DNA of 64,000 nucleotides from Eledone cirrhosa. Lineage: Eukaryota. The position numbers and the translations under genes are program-made. The notes below the pieces were generated by a model, which ran no database searches, had not been told where the DNA came from, and was given only the letters and a program-made list of their open reading frames with translations. Position 1 is the first letter of the stretch. Each line of letters begins with the position of its first letter. Below, in pieces: positions 36,035 to 51,819 of this stretch. The stretch covers positions 17,670,001-17,734,000 of the forward strand of contig OZ024749.1 of NCBI GenBank assembly GCA_964016885.1. Direction: 5' to 3'.

Positions 36035-37735
36035 TTTTCAATCTGGTTTTTGTGCTGGACACAGCACTACTGATATGACCTTCTCGGCTAGACATCTCCA
36101 GAAGTGCATGGAAAACAGTTTGGATCTGTATCAGATCTTTGTCGATCTGACAAAAATCTTTTGATACTGTTAACAGGAATGCATTGTGGAAGGTTCTCCA
36201 GAAACTTGGTTGCCCTGATAAGTTCCTTGCTTTGGTCAGGTCTTTCCATGACAACATGAAGACTTGGGTTAATGTCAGAGCCTATCTCAGTAAAAAATAG
36301 AGTGAAACGGGGGTATATTCCAGCTCCGACCCTGTTTGCCATATACTTTGCAATGGTTTTCTATATTGCATCCAAGAATTGCGAGCATGGTGTTTAGATC
36401 TATCAAACCTCTGGCAGCATATTTAACATCTGGCGCTTTGCTGCAAAAACAAAAGTATTTTCATCAATCATAAGAGTCCTCTTGTATGCAGATGATTGCG
36501 ATCTGGTAGCGCACACAGAGATTGATATGCAGCACATTTTAAATGCATTTTCTGATGCTTGCACTGCCCTAGGATTGACTGTCAGTCTCAAGAAAACCAT
36601 TGTCATGTACTAAACTGCCCCTGGTAAGCAGTACAGTGAACCAAATAAGTGTGATAACTTGGAGTAGTTGATCAGTTTGTCTACCTGGGAAGCACTGTCA
36701 ATTGATACAGCAAGGATAAAGGATTCTAGAATACTGAAACAACTCTTTTATGGAGAGTTAGTTAAAGGAAAACGACCTCCACAAACCAAAAAAGAGGTAT
36801 AAGGATTCGTTGAAAGCCTCTTTGAAAGACGCTAACATCTCTGCTGATACATGGAAAAGCATAGCTGCTGATTGTAATAAATGGAGAAAGACTGTACATG
36901 AGGAGAAAGTTGCTTTTGAAGCATCTCGAATCGCATACGAGAAAGTAAAAAGGGATGAGAGGAAGGGCATTGCTGTTGCATTTCCAGACAGCGAAGCTCC
37001 TCCTATGGCGCTGACATGCAGTGTCTGTGCGAGACTCTGCCTCAGCAAAACTGGACTCGAAAGACATCTTCGTAGTCATAAAGTGAGACAGTAGTGACCT
37101 ACATTCTCTGTGAGTGATTTGGCTCAGCTCAGCCAATCAGCGCCAGCAGAAGAGAACATATCCCTACCCACCCTGAGGGAGAAATTCCCCGCGAGGATTT
37201 AAAGAATCTGTCTCTCGCAACCTGAACTTCGAAGGAACGACACGTACAATATGTAATGGGTGAGATTTGCACTTTGGCCTGCCTTGGGCCTGGCTCAATG
37301 GCACATTCCCTTTGTAACCTTTTTATGTTTAACTTCAACCATACAAATTAACAAACATTACTTTGTGCTACAACAAAATAAACATACTTTTCATCTCACG
37401 AACATTTTTCTTGTTGACGTTATTATCAAGTTACTCATTTGCCGATATGACTAACACATCTCTCTACCAAACTGATGACTCGTGGCGCTTCTAACTATAA
37501 CACACTTAATACCAGCTAAAAGACCAGTGGTTGACTACCAAGCTGCTGTTGGAGATGCTACTCATCATGCTTGCCAAGCATGTGGTAGAGAATGTAGATC
37601 AACAGGAGGGCTCAAACGACATGCAAAAGTACATGAACTCCAACTACAGCCAACTATTGCCAGTTAACATTTTGGTTGCCAGCTCTGTGCAAGACATTTT
37701 AGATCATTGGCTGGGCTAAAAAGCCACAATTGATC
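36035..37735 (+). mobile_element. RTE-BovB-like LINE, 3' part (RT and C-terminal C2H2 fingers)
   Basis: QSGFCAGHSTTDMTF, FVDLTK, LLYADDC, YLGS, LYGEL; CSVC..HLRSH, CQAC..HAKVH and CQLC..SH. Confidence 0.85.
37109..37458 (+). mobile_element. Probable solo LTR (350 bp) inserted in the LINE tail
   Basis: TGTG...CACA termini, TCTC on both sides (37105-37108 and 37459-37462), internal AATAAA. Confidence 0.6.
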
Positions 37736-37911
37736 GCAACACCGTTAATTGTTGTGTGTGTGTATATGTATGTTTGTGTGTATGTATGTGTGTGTGTGAG
37801 TATAAATATATATATATATATATATACAGAGGTATCCACTGTAAGTTGTGGGGTCTATTCTGTATGAAGAGCTCAATGTAATTTATTTCATTGTTTATTT
37901 CATTGTTTTAA

Positions 37912-37970
<59 letters not shown>

Positions 37971-38879
37971 TATTATTATTATTTTTTTTTTTTTTCGTGC
38001 AATGGCCATACTCGATAACGAGGGGGCAGCCTTCATATGTGCCTGTGTACATATATAGGTTGTGTACATATTGAGGGTTGTGTTGGTAGTTGATCGTGTT
38101 ATAGTGTTGGTTCATTTGTTGCTGTGTGGTGTGGTCACTGTTGTGTGATAGTGTGACCACAGGTTGCATGAGTTCAGGTAAGTGAGTAAGTGTTCATTAA
38201 GATGATGATCATATGATAGTTCTTTGATCATACAGAAAATCAATATATAGAAATGAACCATGATAACTCAAAACTCCTGTATTATTAATTTATTGAAAAT
38301 AGCTTACGCCGAAGCTATATGAAAAATACACAGGAATTATGTACGTTATTTGTTTGTAGAAGTAGAGTTGAAGTCTTATTTATCAAGAAAACTTCCTGAA
38401 CTTCACTGGTTGGGTTGAGAGAGAGAGACCAAGAGAGAGAGATTGAGTGAAAGAGAGAGAGTAAGAGTCATTGAGACCAAAGGGGTCTGTGGAAAGCAAT
38501 AGTTTACATGTTTACTCTATCAAAAAATGCTCCAAACTGCTTGGTCTGAACTAAGGCAGGCTATTTATTTATGTCACGTCCTCTGTCTCCAAGGCTTGAG
38601 AAATAAGGGCTGACCTTTTGAGGTCGCCCAATCTCAGACCTGTTAATGCCCAAAAGGAGATAACCCAGAAAATGACCATTAAATGTGACCCAGGGTGAAA
38701 GTGTGGACATATTTCGCTACACATATATATATATGTATATACGGTATATATATATTTATATATAGTACACAAAAGATGTAATGGGAAAGTGAGTAGTCTA
38801 ACTGAAAGAGAAATTTTTGCATGTAGACGAGGCACAGCACAACTTAGAGGAAGAGTGCTACTGTTATAAACCGTTTCCA

Positions 38880-39482
38880 GTCACAAGAAGGATCTATAGA
38901 TGTGGTTGATAGCTTCTGCTATCAAGGTGACCTAATCAGCAGCAGAAGAGGGTGTGCCAAGAGTATAGTGGCATATTAAGGATAGGATGGAAGTTTAGTG
39001 AACCTCTCCTACTACTGATAACAAGGTTTCTCACTACACACAAAAGGAAGGGTATATGAAGCCTGTGTGCGATACTGCATGGTAGAGAAACATGGGCTGT
39101 AACTGAAGAGGACGTGATTAGACTGGAGAGAAATGACGCAACCATGTTTTGTTGGATGTGCAATATATATTTGAGAGAAAGGCAGAGCTTGGATGAGCTG
39201 AGGGAGAAGCTGGGTTTAAGGGGAATCTGAGATGGTGTACAGGAGACACAACTGCAATACTATGGACAGTGACCGAAGGGTGAAGAAATGACAAGAAATC
39301 CCAGTGGAAGGAAGCCTCAGTAGAGGACGACCAAGAAAGTCAGGGGCAAATGTTGTGAGAGCCGAACTCAAATCACTAAAACTGGAAGAGATGATGAAGG
39401 AACGCATCTAGTGGAGAGATGCCATGCTGAGAAGGACCTGTACAACTGTTGCAAGCATGGAAAAGTAGGTATAATGATGATA
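38880..39482 (+). mobile_element. Old RTE LINE 3' fragment
   Basis: AILHGRETWAVTEEDVIRLERND and RGRPRK motifs, short ATG tail. Confidence 0.7.
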
Positions 39483-40189
39483 TACTATATATATAAATAC
39501 TATGTATATAGTGTATGTAGCACATATACACAAAATATACACTATATATATATATAAATATGTACATGGTGTATGTGCTACATATACACAAAATATAGAC
39601 TATATATAAATACTGCATATATAGCGTATATACTACATATAGACAATATATAAACTATATATATACTACATACACATTATATATAATGTTGTCCAAGGGA
39701 ATAGCTGAAACAGCTTGGCACCAATGACATCATAGATCATCATTTAATGTCTACTTTCCCTGCTAGCATGGGTGGGACAGGTCTTCACAAACCAGGGTGC
39801 AGTAGGAGACCACATCTCTCTTACATATGGTCCCACATTCAACTGAGTGTATTTTATTGTGGCACCAGTACTAAAGAAGTTGTCATGTCTTTGACAGAAC
39901 TGAAGGGTCCTACCAAACCTTTCTTTGGCAAGAGAGGAAAATTATAAAGTATTTTCAAATGTGAATTATTTCTAAAAAAACAGTCATAATTTGAACTGTC
40001 ATGAAAGTACCATCCAACAAATATTTAAGTTATAAAATTGTTTTTATTTACACATAAATGTGGATATTTTGTCATAAATAAACCAGTTAGTGTTTGTAAA
40101 ATAACACATCAATCTTGTTTTGTTTTTCTTGCACTGATGGAGTCATAGGGGTGTCACTGTGGGCATTTGAAGCTTGGTGGAGCCCTTCA

Positions 40190-41022
<833 letters not shown>

Positions 41023-41649
41023 ATTTCTAGCTAGTGATCTTTACATAAAGGATTCTCACCACTTTTACTTATACATTAAGAAATGTAGATATCGTTAATA
41101 TATGCTATGTAGTCTAATATACAAAGGGTCCATAAAAGACTGCAGAACTCCGCTTTCTGCTTCTACAAAGTTGTAATGTAGCATTTAGTTGGTACACGTA
41201 ATAAGATATATGACAGCCCAAGACTGATTTTCGACGGAGAAAATTCAAGCATATATTATATAATTCAATCAGAGAGAGTGTGAGAGAGGAGGGGGGGGGG
41301 GATAGAGAGATTTGTGTGTGTGTGTGTAGAAATATGTATGTAGGTGTTGTAATAAATCAAGATATTTCACTTCAGATATTTAAAAAGTTCACAATGTTTG
41401 TGTTGTGATAGAAAACGAAATAATACGTACTTTGGTTTTCAAGACCAAATATAAAGTCAAGAAAATTTAGTAAAAACTAAATGTTCACTGATTTCTGATT
41501 AAAAAGACATTTTCCGGTCCCGTAAGATGTTGAACAACCACTTCAATATTTAATAATACAGGTGATAAAACAAATATAAGGTAAATAAGTCACCTGATGT
41601 TATTTATAAACATTAATGTTCACCTTAATATGAAATAATCATCATAAAA

Positions 41650-42303
41650 GAGGAAGCAAGGGCATCGGCTACCGGCACCTGGGTTGCTCTCGGGATCCTG
41701 AGTGGGATCTTCCGGCGCTGCCTGAGCCAAGCGATGTTGACCAGCGAGGCTTGGGCATCAGGCAAGCTCGTTGTCTCATCTGGTGGTGTGCTAGATGGCT
41801 TTGGCTGGGCAGACGAGGCGAAGAGACAGTTTCAGCTTCTCCACACTGCGAGAGCACTGGAGGTTTGATGCGTCAAGCCAACACAGGTGAGGTGGTGGAA
41901 GCAGCCGCACCCCATCAGTTCTGGCCCCTCTCCCGTCTATTCATGGTGCTGCATATGTTGACTGCAGGGGATGGAGTATTTAGTGGGGGGGGGGCACCAA
42001 GCGGCATCAGGGGTGAGTGGCTGGTTATCACCAGCCTAGGTGCTAGGCACAACTGTGTAGGTGGAAGGGAAAATGCTGATAAGAGGGCCTCATAGCTCCC
42101 CTACATCAGATATGGAGGCATCAGAAGACAAGAGAGAAAAGAAGGGGGTGCATGGAGAGGAACACAAGAAGGTAGAATGTTAGCAAATAAATAAATGAAT
42201 GAATGGATGAATGTACAAAAAAGAAAACAGGGGGTTGTTCCCAGCGAGAAGACCCAGAGTTCAGCACGCACACATGCAAACATGTCAGAACCTTGTGGCT
42301 ACA
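41650..42303 (+). mobile_element. GC-rich insertion, possibly the 3' end of an LTR element
   Basis: G-run at ~41985 and a TGTAG (42056)...CTACA (42303) segment containing AATAAA; no TSD or protein motif recognised. Confidence 0.3.
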
Positions 42304-42339
42304 GGTGAGTCTTTCAATCCTGAAAACATGTGTTGTTAT

Positions 42340-45170
<2,831 letters not shown>

Positions 45171-45752
45171 TATATATCAATTGAGTTCTTAACACGTTGG
45201 ATTGATAATGTTTTCGAAAAAACTAATTAACCCGCGTGTATATTATTATTTTTTTCCTCCTTTCGTGGATCGTAGTTGTCTCCCCATCCCGCTTTGTGTC
45301 GCTATGATACTTCCTCAGTCAAAAACTGCTGGAATTTCAAATTTGGCGGTCATTCGAGGCGAGAAGGAGCAACTTAACAGACACGATTTTTGACTGCGGT
45401 AAGATTTTCTTTCTTATATCAAAGTTTAATGGGCTTCCACTGATGATTTATAAGCGCCCACCTAAATATATTCTTACATGAATATATATTAGGCTTCTAC
45501 ATAAACTGGAAATATTCTCCCAACTTGTAGATAACTTATAATGAAACAATTGTTTGGAAAGAGAGATATACTTTAACTTTAATTATATCTCATAAAATAA
45601 TACAACTGGTTTTTCCACATTATACATATTGTTAGCACCCCAAACACTTAAATTGGGTTTATATTTAAATATAACCTAATGTTTGTGGAGTGAGATGGTT
45701 ACCAGTCAGAGTTTAGCTTTAAACTATCTCTGTTATTGTATTAAATATATGA

Positions 45753-45789
<37 letters not shown>

Positions 45790-46035
45790 CAAATATACAT
45801 ATCTTAATATATAGACAAATAGAGCGAATGAGGGATATACATTTTTCTGTGGCTAAAAACTGAAAGCTACCTCTGCTTGTTTATTGTGACGAGATACGAA
45901 TATGTGGCTAAAGAATAAGAAGATAGAACAACGTTCTATCAAGAGTTAACCTAATATATCCTTTCCATATACTGTACCGATTGTGTTGTTATTTGTGTTT
46001 ACGTTTTACACACACATACATATATATATATATAT

Positions 46036-47646
46036 GTAAAAGTAAACCCCTATACTTAGCTTTTGTTGACTTGGAGAAAGCCTTTGACAGAGTACCCCAC
46101 TCGATTATCTGGTGGGCCCTTAGAAAACTAGGTGTTGATGAATGGCTTGTGAGAGCTATACAAGCCATGTATAAAGAAACAGTCAGCAAGGTTAGTATTA
46201 ACAACGAATATAGTGAAGAGTTTAGCATAAAAGTTGGTGTTCATCAGGGCTCTGTCCTTAGCCCCCTACTATTTATTATTGCCCTTCAGGCTATAACATA
46301 GGAGTTCAAGACCGGCTGCCCATGGGAACTCCTATATGCAGATGATCTAACGCTCATAGCTGAATCAATGGCTGTACTAGAGAAGAAATTCCAAACATGG
46401 AAGCATGGCCTAGAATCAAAAGGCCTTAAAGTTAACATTTTTAAGACTAAAGTTCTAGTTTGTAGGAAGGAAAATAGGGCACCGGTCCCATCTGGGAAAT
46501 GGCCATGCTCAGTGTGTAGGAAAGGAGTAGGTAGAAACTCCATTTTATGTCCCAAATGCAAAGTATGGGTACATAAAAGATGTAGTGGGATCACAGGTAA
46601 GCTAACTAAGAATATAGATTTTATATGTGGCCGGTGCTCTGGTGCAATAAGTAGCAGCAAGTGACCACAGAATACTAACTCATTCCATTGCACAGATGGT
46701 TCTATAGAAATAGTGCACAGCTTCCGTTACCTGGGTGACAAAATCAACAGTGGGGGAGGGTGCTCTGAAAGTACAGTAGCTAGAGTCAGAACGGGATGGA
46801 AAAAGTTCAGAGAGCCGCTAAAGGGTTCTCTCTAAAAATGAAAGGCAGGCTGTATGATGCCTGCATACGAACAGCAATGTTACATGGCAGTGAGACCTGG
46901 GCATTGTGTGCAGAGGATATACGCAGACCGGAGAGAAACGAAGCTTGCATGCTCCGCTGGATGTGTAATAGTAATATACGTGAACTGCAAATCATAAACG
47001 AACTAAGGGAAAAATTAGAAATAAGAGGGATCAGATGTTGTTTACTCGAGAGAAGGCTACGTTGGTATGGTCACGTGATGCGCTTGAAAGATGACAGCTG
47101 TATAAAAAAGTGCAGGGCAATAAAAATAGACGGTAGCCACGGAGTAGGCAGACCCAGAAAAACCTGGGACGACTTGATAAATTCCGACCTTACACACTTA
47201 CACTTCTCCAAGACAATGTCACTGGACCGAGATCTTTGGCGCTACACAGTAATAGAGAAGACCCGCCTTACCTAAGTGCAAAGTGAAACCTACTACAGTC
47301 AGTAGGCACCTCTAACAAAATACACCCCCGTCCCACTACCCCCACCCCATCCACACCACCCCTTTCAATGTAAAGTAATGTTGGTACCACAACATCCAGC
47401 CCGAAACAAATGAGGTCGTGTAGGTGTCATGACAAAAAAAACACACAGTCCACGCTGTAATGTGGCCGTGTAGGTAACACGGTAAAAACCTCCCAGTTCT
47501 ACACTGTAAATGTGGTTGGTGTTAGGAAGGGCATCCGGCCGTAGAAAACCCGCCAGACAGTCCTATGCGAGCAAGACAACCACTCTTGCCTCAAGTGGGA
47601 AAACTCCCATCCAAACCCATGCGAGCGTGGAATATGGACGTTAAAC

Positions 47647-47680
<34 letters not shown>
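46036..47680 (+). mobile_element. 5'-truncated RTE LINE with PHD-finger insert, 3' UTR and (GAT)n tail
   Basis: FVDLEKAFDRVP, VHQGSVLSPLLF, YADDL, CSVC-CPKC-HKRC-CGRC, LHGSETW, GRPRKTW, (GAT)n at 47647-47680. Confidence 0.93.
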
Positions 47681-47780
47681 TGTGTGTGTGCGTGTGTAAA
47701 ACAAACAGAAATAACAACACAATCGGTACAGTATATGGAAGGAATATATTAGGTTAACGCTTGATATAGCAGGAAGAGGG

Positions 47781-47816
47781 TCTTAACGTTTCGGACGCTA
47801 GTCCTTCATCAGAAGA
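47781..47816 (-). ncRNA. Minimal hammerhead ribozyme in a short dispersed repeat
   Basis: Minus strand: TCTT-CTGATGA-a-GGAC(tagc)GTCC-GAAA-CG-TT-AAGA with palindromic AACGTT; mutated copies at 51887-51922 and 55884-55919. Confidence 0.72.
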
Positions 47817-47915
47817 AAGAATGAGGAATAAGATAGATTGAAGGGACGGGCGGGTTGGAATTGGAAAAAATGTCTTGAGATAAAAATAACAGGTTCATTC
47901 AAGTTGACAATTCTA

Positions 47916-47952
47916 CTTTTGAAAAGCATAAGAACTGTGAAATCGGTAAAGG
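47916..47952 (+). ncRNA. Degenerate hammerhead of the Neptune pLTR family
   Basis: CTT-TTGAAAA-GCAT(aagaa)CTGT-GAAATCGGTA-AAGG, followed by AAGACTCCAGTTGCATTTTCGATTT as at 10907-10930. Confidence 0.6.
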
Positions 47953-48039
47953 AAACAAATAAATATTCTTATAAAGACTCCAGTTGCATTTTCGATTTAT
48001 TTTCCTTATATTGTTATGTCGCCTACACTCGCCTGCTTC

Positions 48040-48690
48040 AACCAGAATGGCCCAAGCGTGGTCAGCTTGCAACAAGATGGATCGAGTTGGCACTCAAATC
48101 TTTCCAACCACACCAAGATCAGACTCTTCCAAGTAACAATTCAACCAATCTTGCTATATGGAAGTGAAACATGGACACTTTCATCCAAACAACAAAAGTA
48201 CCTTGATGGCACTTACTACTACTACTACTACTACTACTACTATCTTGATGGCACTTACTACTACTACTACTATCTTGATGGCACTTACTACTACTACTAC
48301 TACTACTACTATCTTGATGGCACTTACTACTACTACTACTATCTTGATGGCACTTACTACTACTACTACTACTACTATCTTGATGGCACTTACTACTACT
48401 ACTACTACCTTGATGGCATCTACACTACTACTACTACGTTGATGTCGCCTACACTCGCCTGCTTCAACGCATTCAGAACTTAAGCTGGTGACATCTGTCT
48501 TTGAGAGAGATATATGCTGGCCTCCCACACATATCTGTTGTTGTACGTAAGAGGAGAGTAAGATAGGGGCACAAGCTCTCCTACTCCGATGTCATCTCCA
48601 GAGATTCTGGTATTGAAATCCAGGACTTGGCAACGGCAATGAACGACCCACATGGATATCAATTGTTGAGTCCATTTCGGTTGAGATTGC
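48040..48690 (+). mobile_element. RTE-like LINE C-terminal fragment with an internal repeat expansion
   Basis: TKIRLFQVTIQPILLYGSETWTLS...LDGTY|TRLLQRIQNLSW. Confidence 0.75.
48200..48437 (+). repeat. Compound minisatellite [CTTGATGGCACT(TAC)n] x7
   Basis: Constant 12-mer separated by TAC runs of variable length. Confidence 0.9.
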
Positions 48691-48767
48691 CGGATGATGA
48701 TGATGATGATGATATGTGTGTGTGTTGTGTATTCGTGAGTGAAAAACAATAATATTATAATAATGAG

Positions 48768-48960
48768 GGAGGTGGATTGGCAGTATCGGTAGAGGGTCGG
48801 ACGCCATACTTTGATGCATAGAGTTACGGCCCTTGCCATTCTGAGTTCAAATCCCGCCGAGGTGAACTTTGCCTTTCATCCTCACGGGGTCGATAAAATG
48901 AAGTAGCAGTAATACACTGAGTAATTGCTGGCTTTGTGCCAAACGTAGAAACAATTATAA
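48768..48960 (+). mobile_element. tRNA-derived SINE, family A
   Basis: Matches 29905-30092; AATTATAATAAT-like flanks. Confidence 0.85.
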
Positions 48961-49143
48961 TAATTGTTTCTTATATAGACACAAGGCCAGCAGTTTTGAG
49001 GGAGGGGAAAGTCGATTAAATCATATATGATTCCAGTTCCTCGGAAGACTAACAACACACCCAGGAGCTGGATATATCGATGTATTGACAGAGTGAAATA
49101 CACTTCAACAACATGTGTACCTGTCCTTTCTACACCAATTCGG

Positions 49144-49198
49144 ACTGCCTGAAGAGGTCACAGCCAATAATGGCTGTCACTGAAATATATATAGCAGT
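49144..49198 (+). ncRNA. Orphan minimal type I hammerhead ribozyme
   Basis: ACTGC-CTGAAGA-GGTcACAGCCA(ataa)TGGCTGTcACT-GAAA-TATATA-TA-GCAGT; intact core, palindromic stem III. Confidence 0.82.
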
Positions 49199-49259
49199 AA
49201 ATTTATAATTTATAATAAACGAAGCCAAATTTTACATATTTGACTTACTTATTTTATTT

Positions 49260-49308
<49 letters not shown>

Positions 49309-50363
49309 CTGTTATTTGTTGTATAACGCTTTCTGTACCAAATACAGATTCTGGTTCGATGAAACAAATGTCTACCCATTTAAAAAGGTTCCTATTTTAG
49401 TTAAAATCTTCCAACATAATTTTATATATGAATCAAATGTTAAGTTACTATCTAATTAATGAAATAATTAATAGTATTAGTAAATTATTCATAATTCTTC
49501 ATTAACCCTTTTGGTAGAAACCCAGCCAAAATTGTTTCTCGTTCTGTGGAAATGGTTCCTATCTAAATTAAAGTCTTCCAATGAAATTCTATATAACAAC
49601 CAAACGTTAAGTTACTATGTTAGTAATTAACTAACAATTATGATAAATCGATAAAAATTCTTCATAATTAATTGAAATACAGAGTTCATATTTATATTAA
49701 AATCTTCCAACCTAATTTTATACAAGAACCACATGTTAAGTTACAAATAAAATAATTAATAATTAAAAACTTTAGTAAATCCTTCAAATGATATCTTAGT
49801 AATGAAATAATTAATAATTGTAATAAATACCTCAAAATTCCTCATTAATTAAACCCAAGACAGGTAAAAATTCCAGAGTCTTTCAATCGGACATGAAACA
49901 AATTAATTTCTAATGGAAAAGATTTTAAAGTCAGCCAAGGGAGATCACACTCAGCGACTTATTGTTATTCTTGTTCGTGAATTAATCCGGATTATGTCAT
50001 TCCGGTGTATTTTGTGTGGAAGAAACCGGATTTAGGCGGTGATAGCACGCAGTACATGAACGTATGGTTCGTGAGTTCGAATCCCAGACCAGGTGGTCTG
50101 TACGTTGGGGCTTTGAACAAGACACTTTATTTCTCATTGTTTTATTTCACCCAGCTGGCAAAAATAATAAGTTGTACCAGTAATTATAGTGGAAATGTTG
50201 TTACATAGAATTGTCACACTGAATCTCCCTGAGAACAATGTCAACGGTATACGTGTCAATGAAATACTCAGACACATTATAATATGAGATGGGTTCTACA
50301 TGTATTTCAAAGGGAAGCCATGTCATACGTCTTGCTGAATCTCCCTGAGAACTACGTATATAC

Positions 50364-50728
50364 TAGTGACTATCAGACATAGTGTAGCTAGGACTACATT
50401 ATCTAATGTACAGTACAATGGCTATCAGACATAGTGTACCTAGGACTACATTATCTAATGTACAGTACAGTAGTTAGTATTAGTGGCTATAAGACATAGT
50501 TTATCTAGGACTACATTATCTAATGTACAGTATAGAAATTAGAATTAATGGCTATCAGACATAGTGTACCTAGGACTACATTATCTAATGTACAGTATAG
50601 TGACTATCAGACATAGTGTATATAAGACTACATTATCTAATGTACAGTATAGTGGCTATCAGATATAGTGTACATAGGACTACATTATCTAATGTACAGT
50701 ATAGCAGTTAGTATTTGTGGCTACATTA
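50364..50728 (+). repeat. Minisatellite, about 6 units of ~51 or ~66 bp
   Basis: GTGGCTATCAGACATAGTGTACCTAGGACTACATTATCTAATGTACAGTA repeated, with an optional ~15-bp insert. Confidence 0.9.
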
Positions 50729-50741
50729 TTATAGACTTCAA

Positions 50742-50932
50742 GGCCGGTGGATTGGCAGTATCGGTAGAGGGTCGGATGCCAAGCTTTGCAGCACAGTTAC
50801 GTCCCTTTACGGACTGAGTTCAAATCCCGCCGAGGTTAACTTTGCCTTTCATCCTTACGGGGTCGATAAAATAAAGTACCAGTAATACACTGGAATAATT
50901 GCTGGCCTTGTGCCAAAAGTCGAAACAATTAT
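50742..50932 (+). mobile_element. tRNA-derived SINE, family A, with TSD
   Basis: Full-length copy flanked by ATTATTATAGACTTCAAG on both sides. Confidence 0.9.
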
Positions 50933-51776
50933 TATAGACTTCAAGTAAATCTTTGTCAACTTACCTCCTTCAGATATAATCAATGTGTTGTGTTGTTAGA
51001 TTTTACTAAACAACCAAAGAAATAATCTCTTTGTTATCAAATTAGAAGTTTCAAAGATGTTATCAGCTTTATCTCACGACATTAAAGTTGGTGTATCTTC
51101 TTCATCTTTAGTCATACATTGATATCTTGTCAGAATGAAGTAATGAGGTTGACTTTATGTCTTTAGCTACAGATTTGATAAGAAATATATATATATTAGG
51201 TTGATATGTGGTCTAAAATATATATATTGTCTATAAATGACTGACAGCAGATGTTCTGGTGAAATAGTAGTTTTACTACTACAGATTGTAATGGAACTCT
51301 TAGTAGACACAATTGTAAAGTAAGAATAGATATGATAGATAAGACTGATGCCAGGGAAAGAAAATTGTGTATATATATATATATAATTATTACACAAGAT
51401 ATAATTAGATTAATTAAAGTTATAATGAAGACAGCAGGTACTTGGTGTCGTTGACAACGTTTCACCTCTCTTACCGGTGTCATACGTTAAAAGTCCCTGA
51501 TATAATTTAATACCTTCAGACACATTTCCAATCGTATTTAATTTATTGTAAATCAGAAAGTATCACTCAGTAAAATATCAATTATATATCAATAATAAAA
51601 CCTCTACGTAGTCTCTCTAACTGCTAGAAATAGCAGTGATATTATGCATTACAACTTAGTTTTTTATTTAAAATCTCCAAAATTTAGTTATACATTCAAC
51701 ACAAATCTTTTGTATAGACTTCGGAATAAACTGGAAGACCGTCAGCATATCATTCTCAATCTTGTATATAAATATA

Positions 51777-51819
<43 letters not shown>

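Noticed and set aside
45189-45420. piggyBac-like end (TTAA-CACGTT), also TTAA-CCCTTT at 49502
   Set aside because: No matching opposite terminal inverted repeat or transposase was found in the window.
48200-48437. CRISPR-like constant repeat with variable spacers, and a poly-Tyr/poly-Thr ORF
   Set aside because: The spacers are only TAC runs, the repeat is 12 bp from LINE coding sequence, there are no cas genes, and the context is eukaryotic.
50364-50728. Possible CRISPR array
   Set aside because: Units are contiguous tandem copies with no unique spacers.
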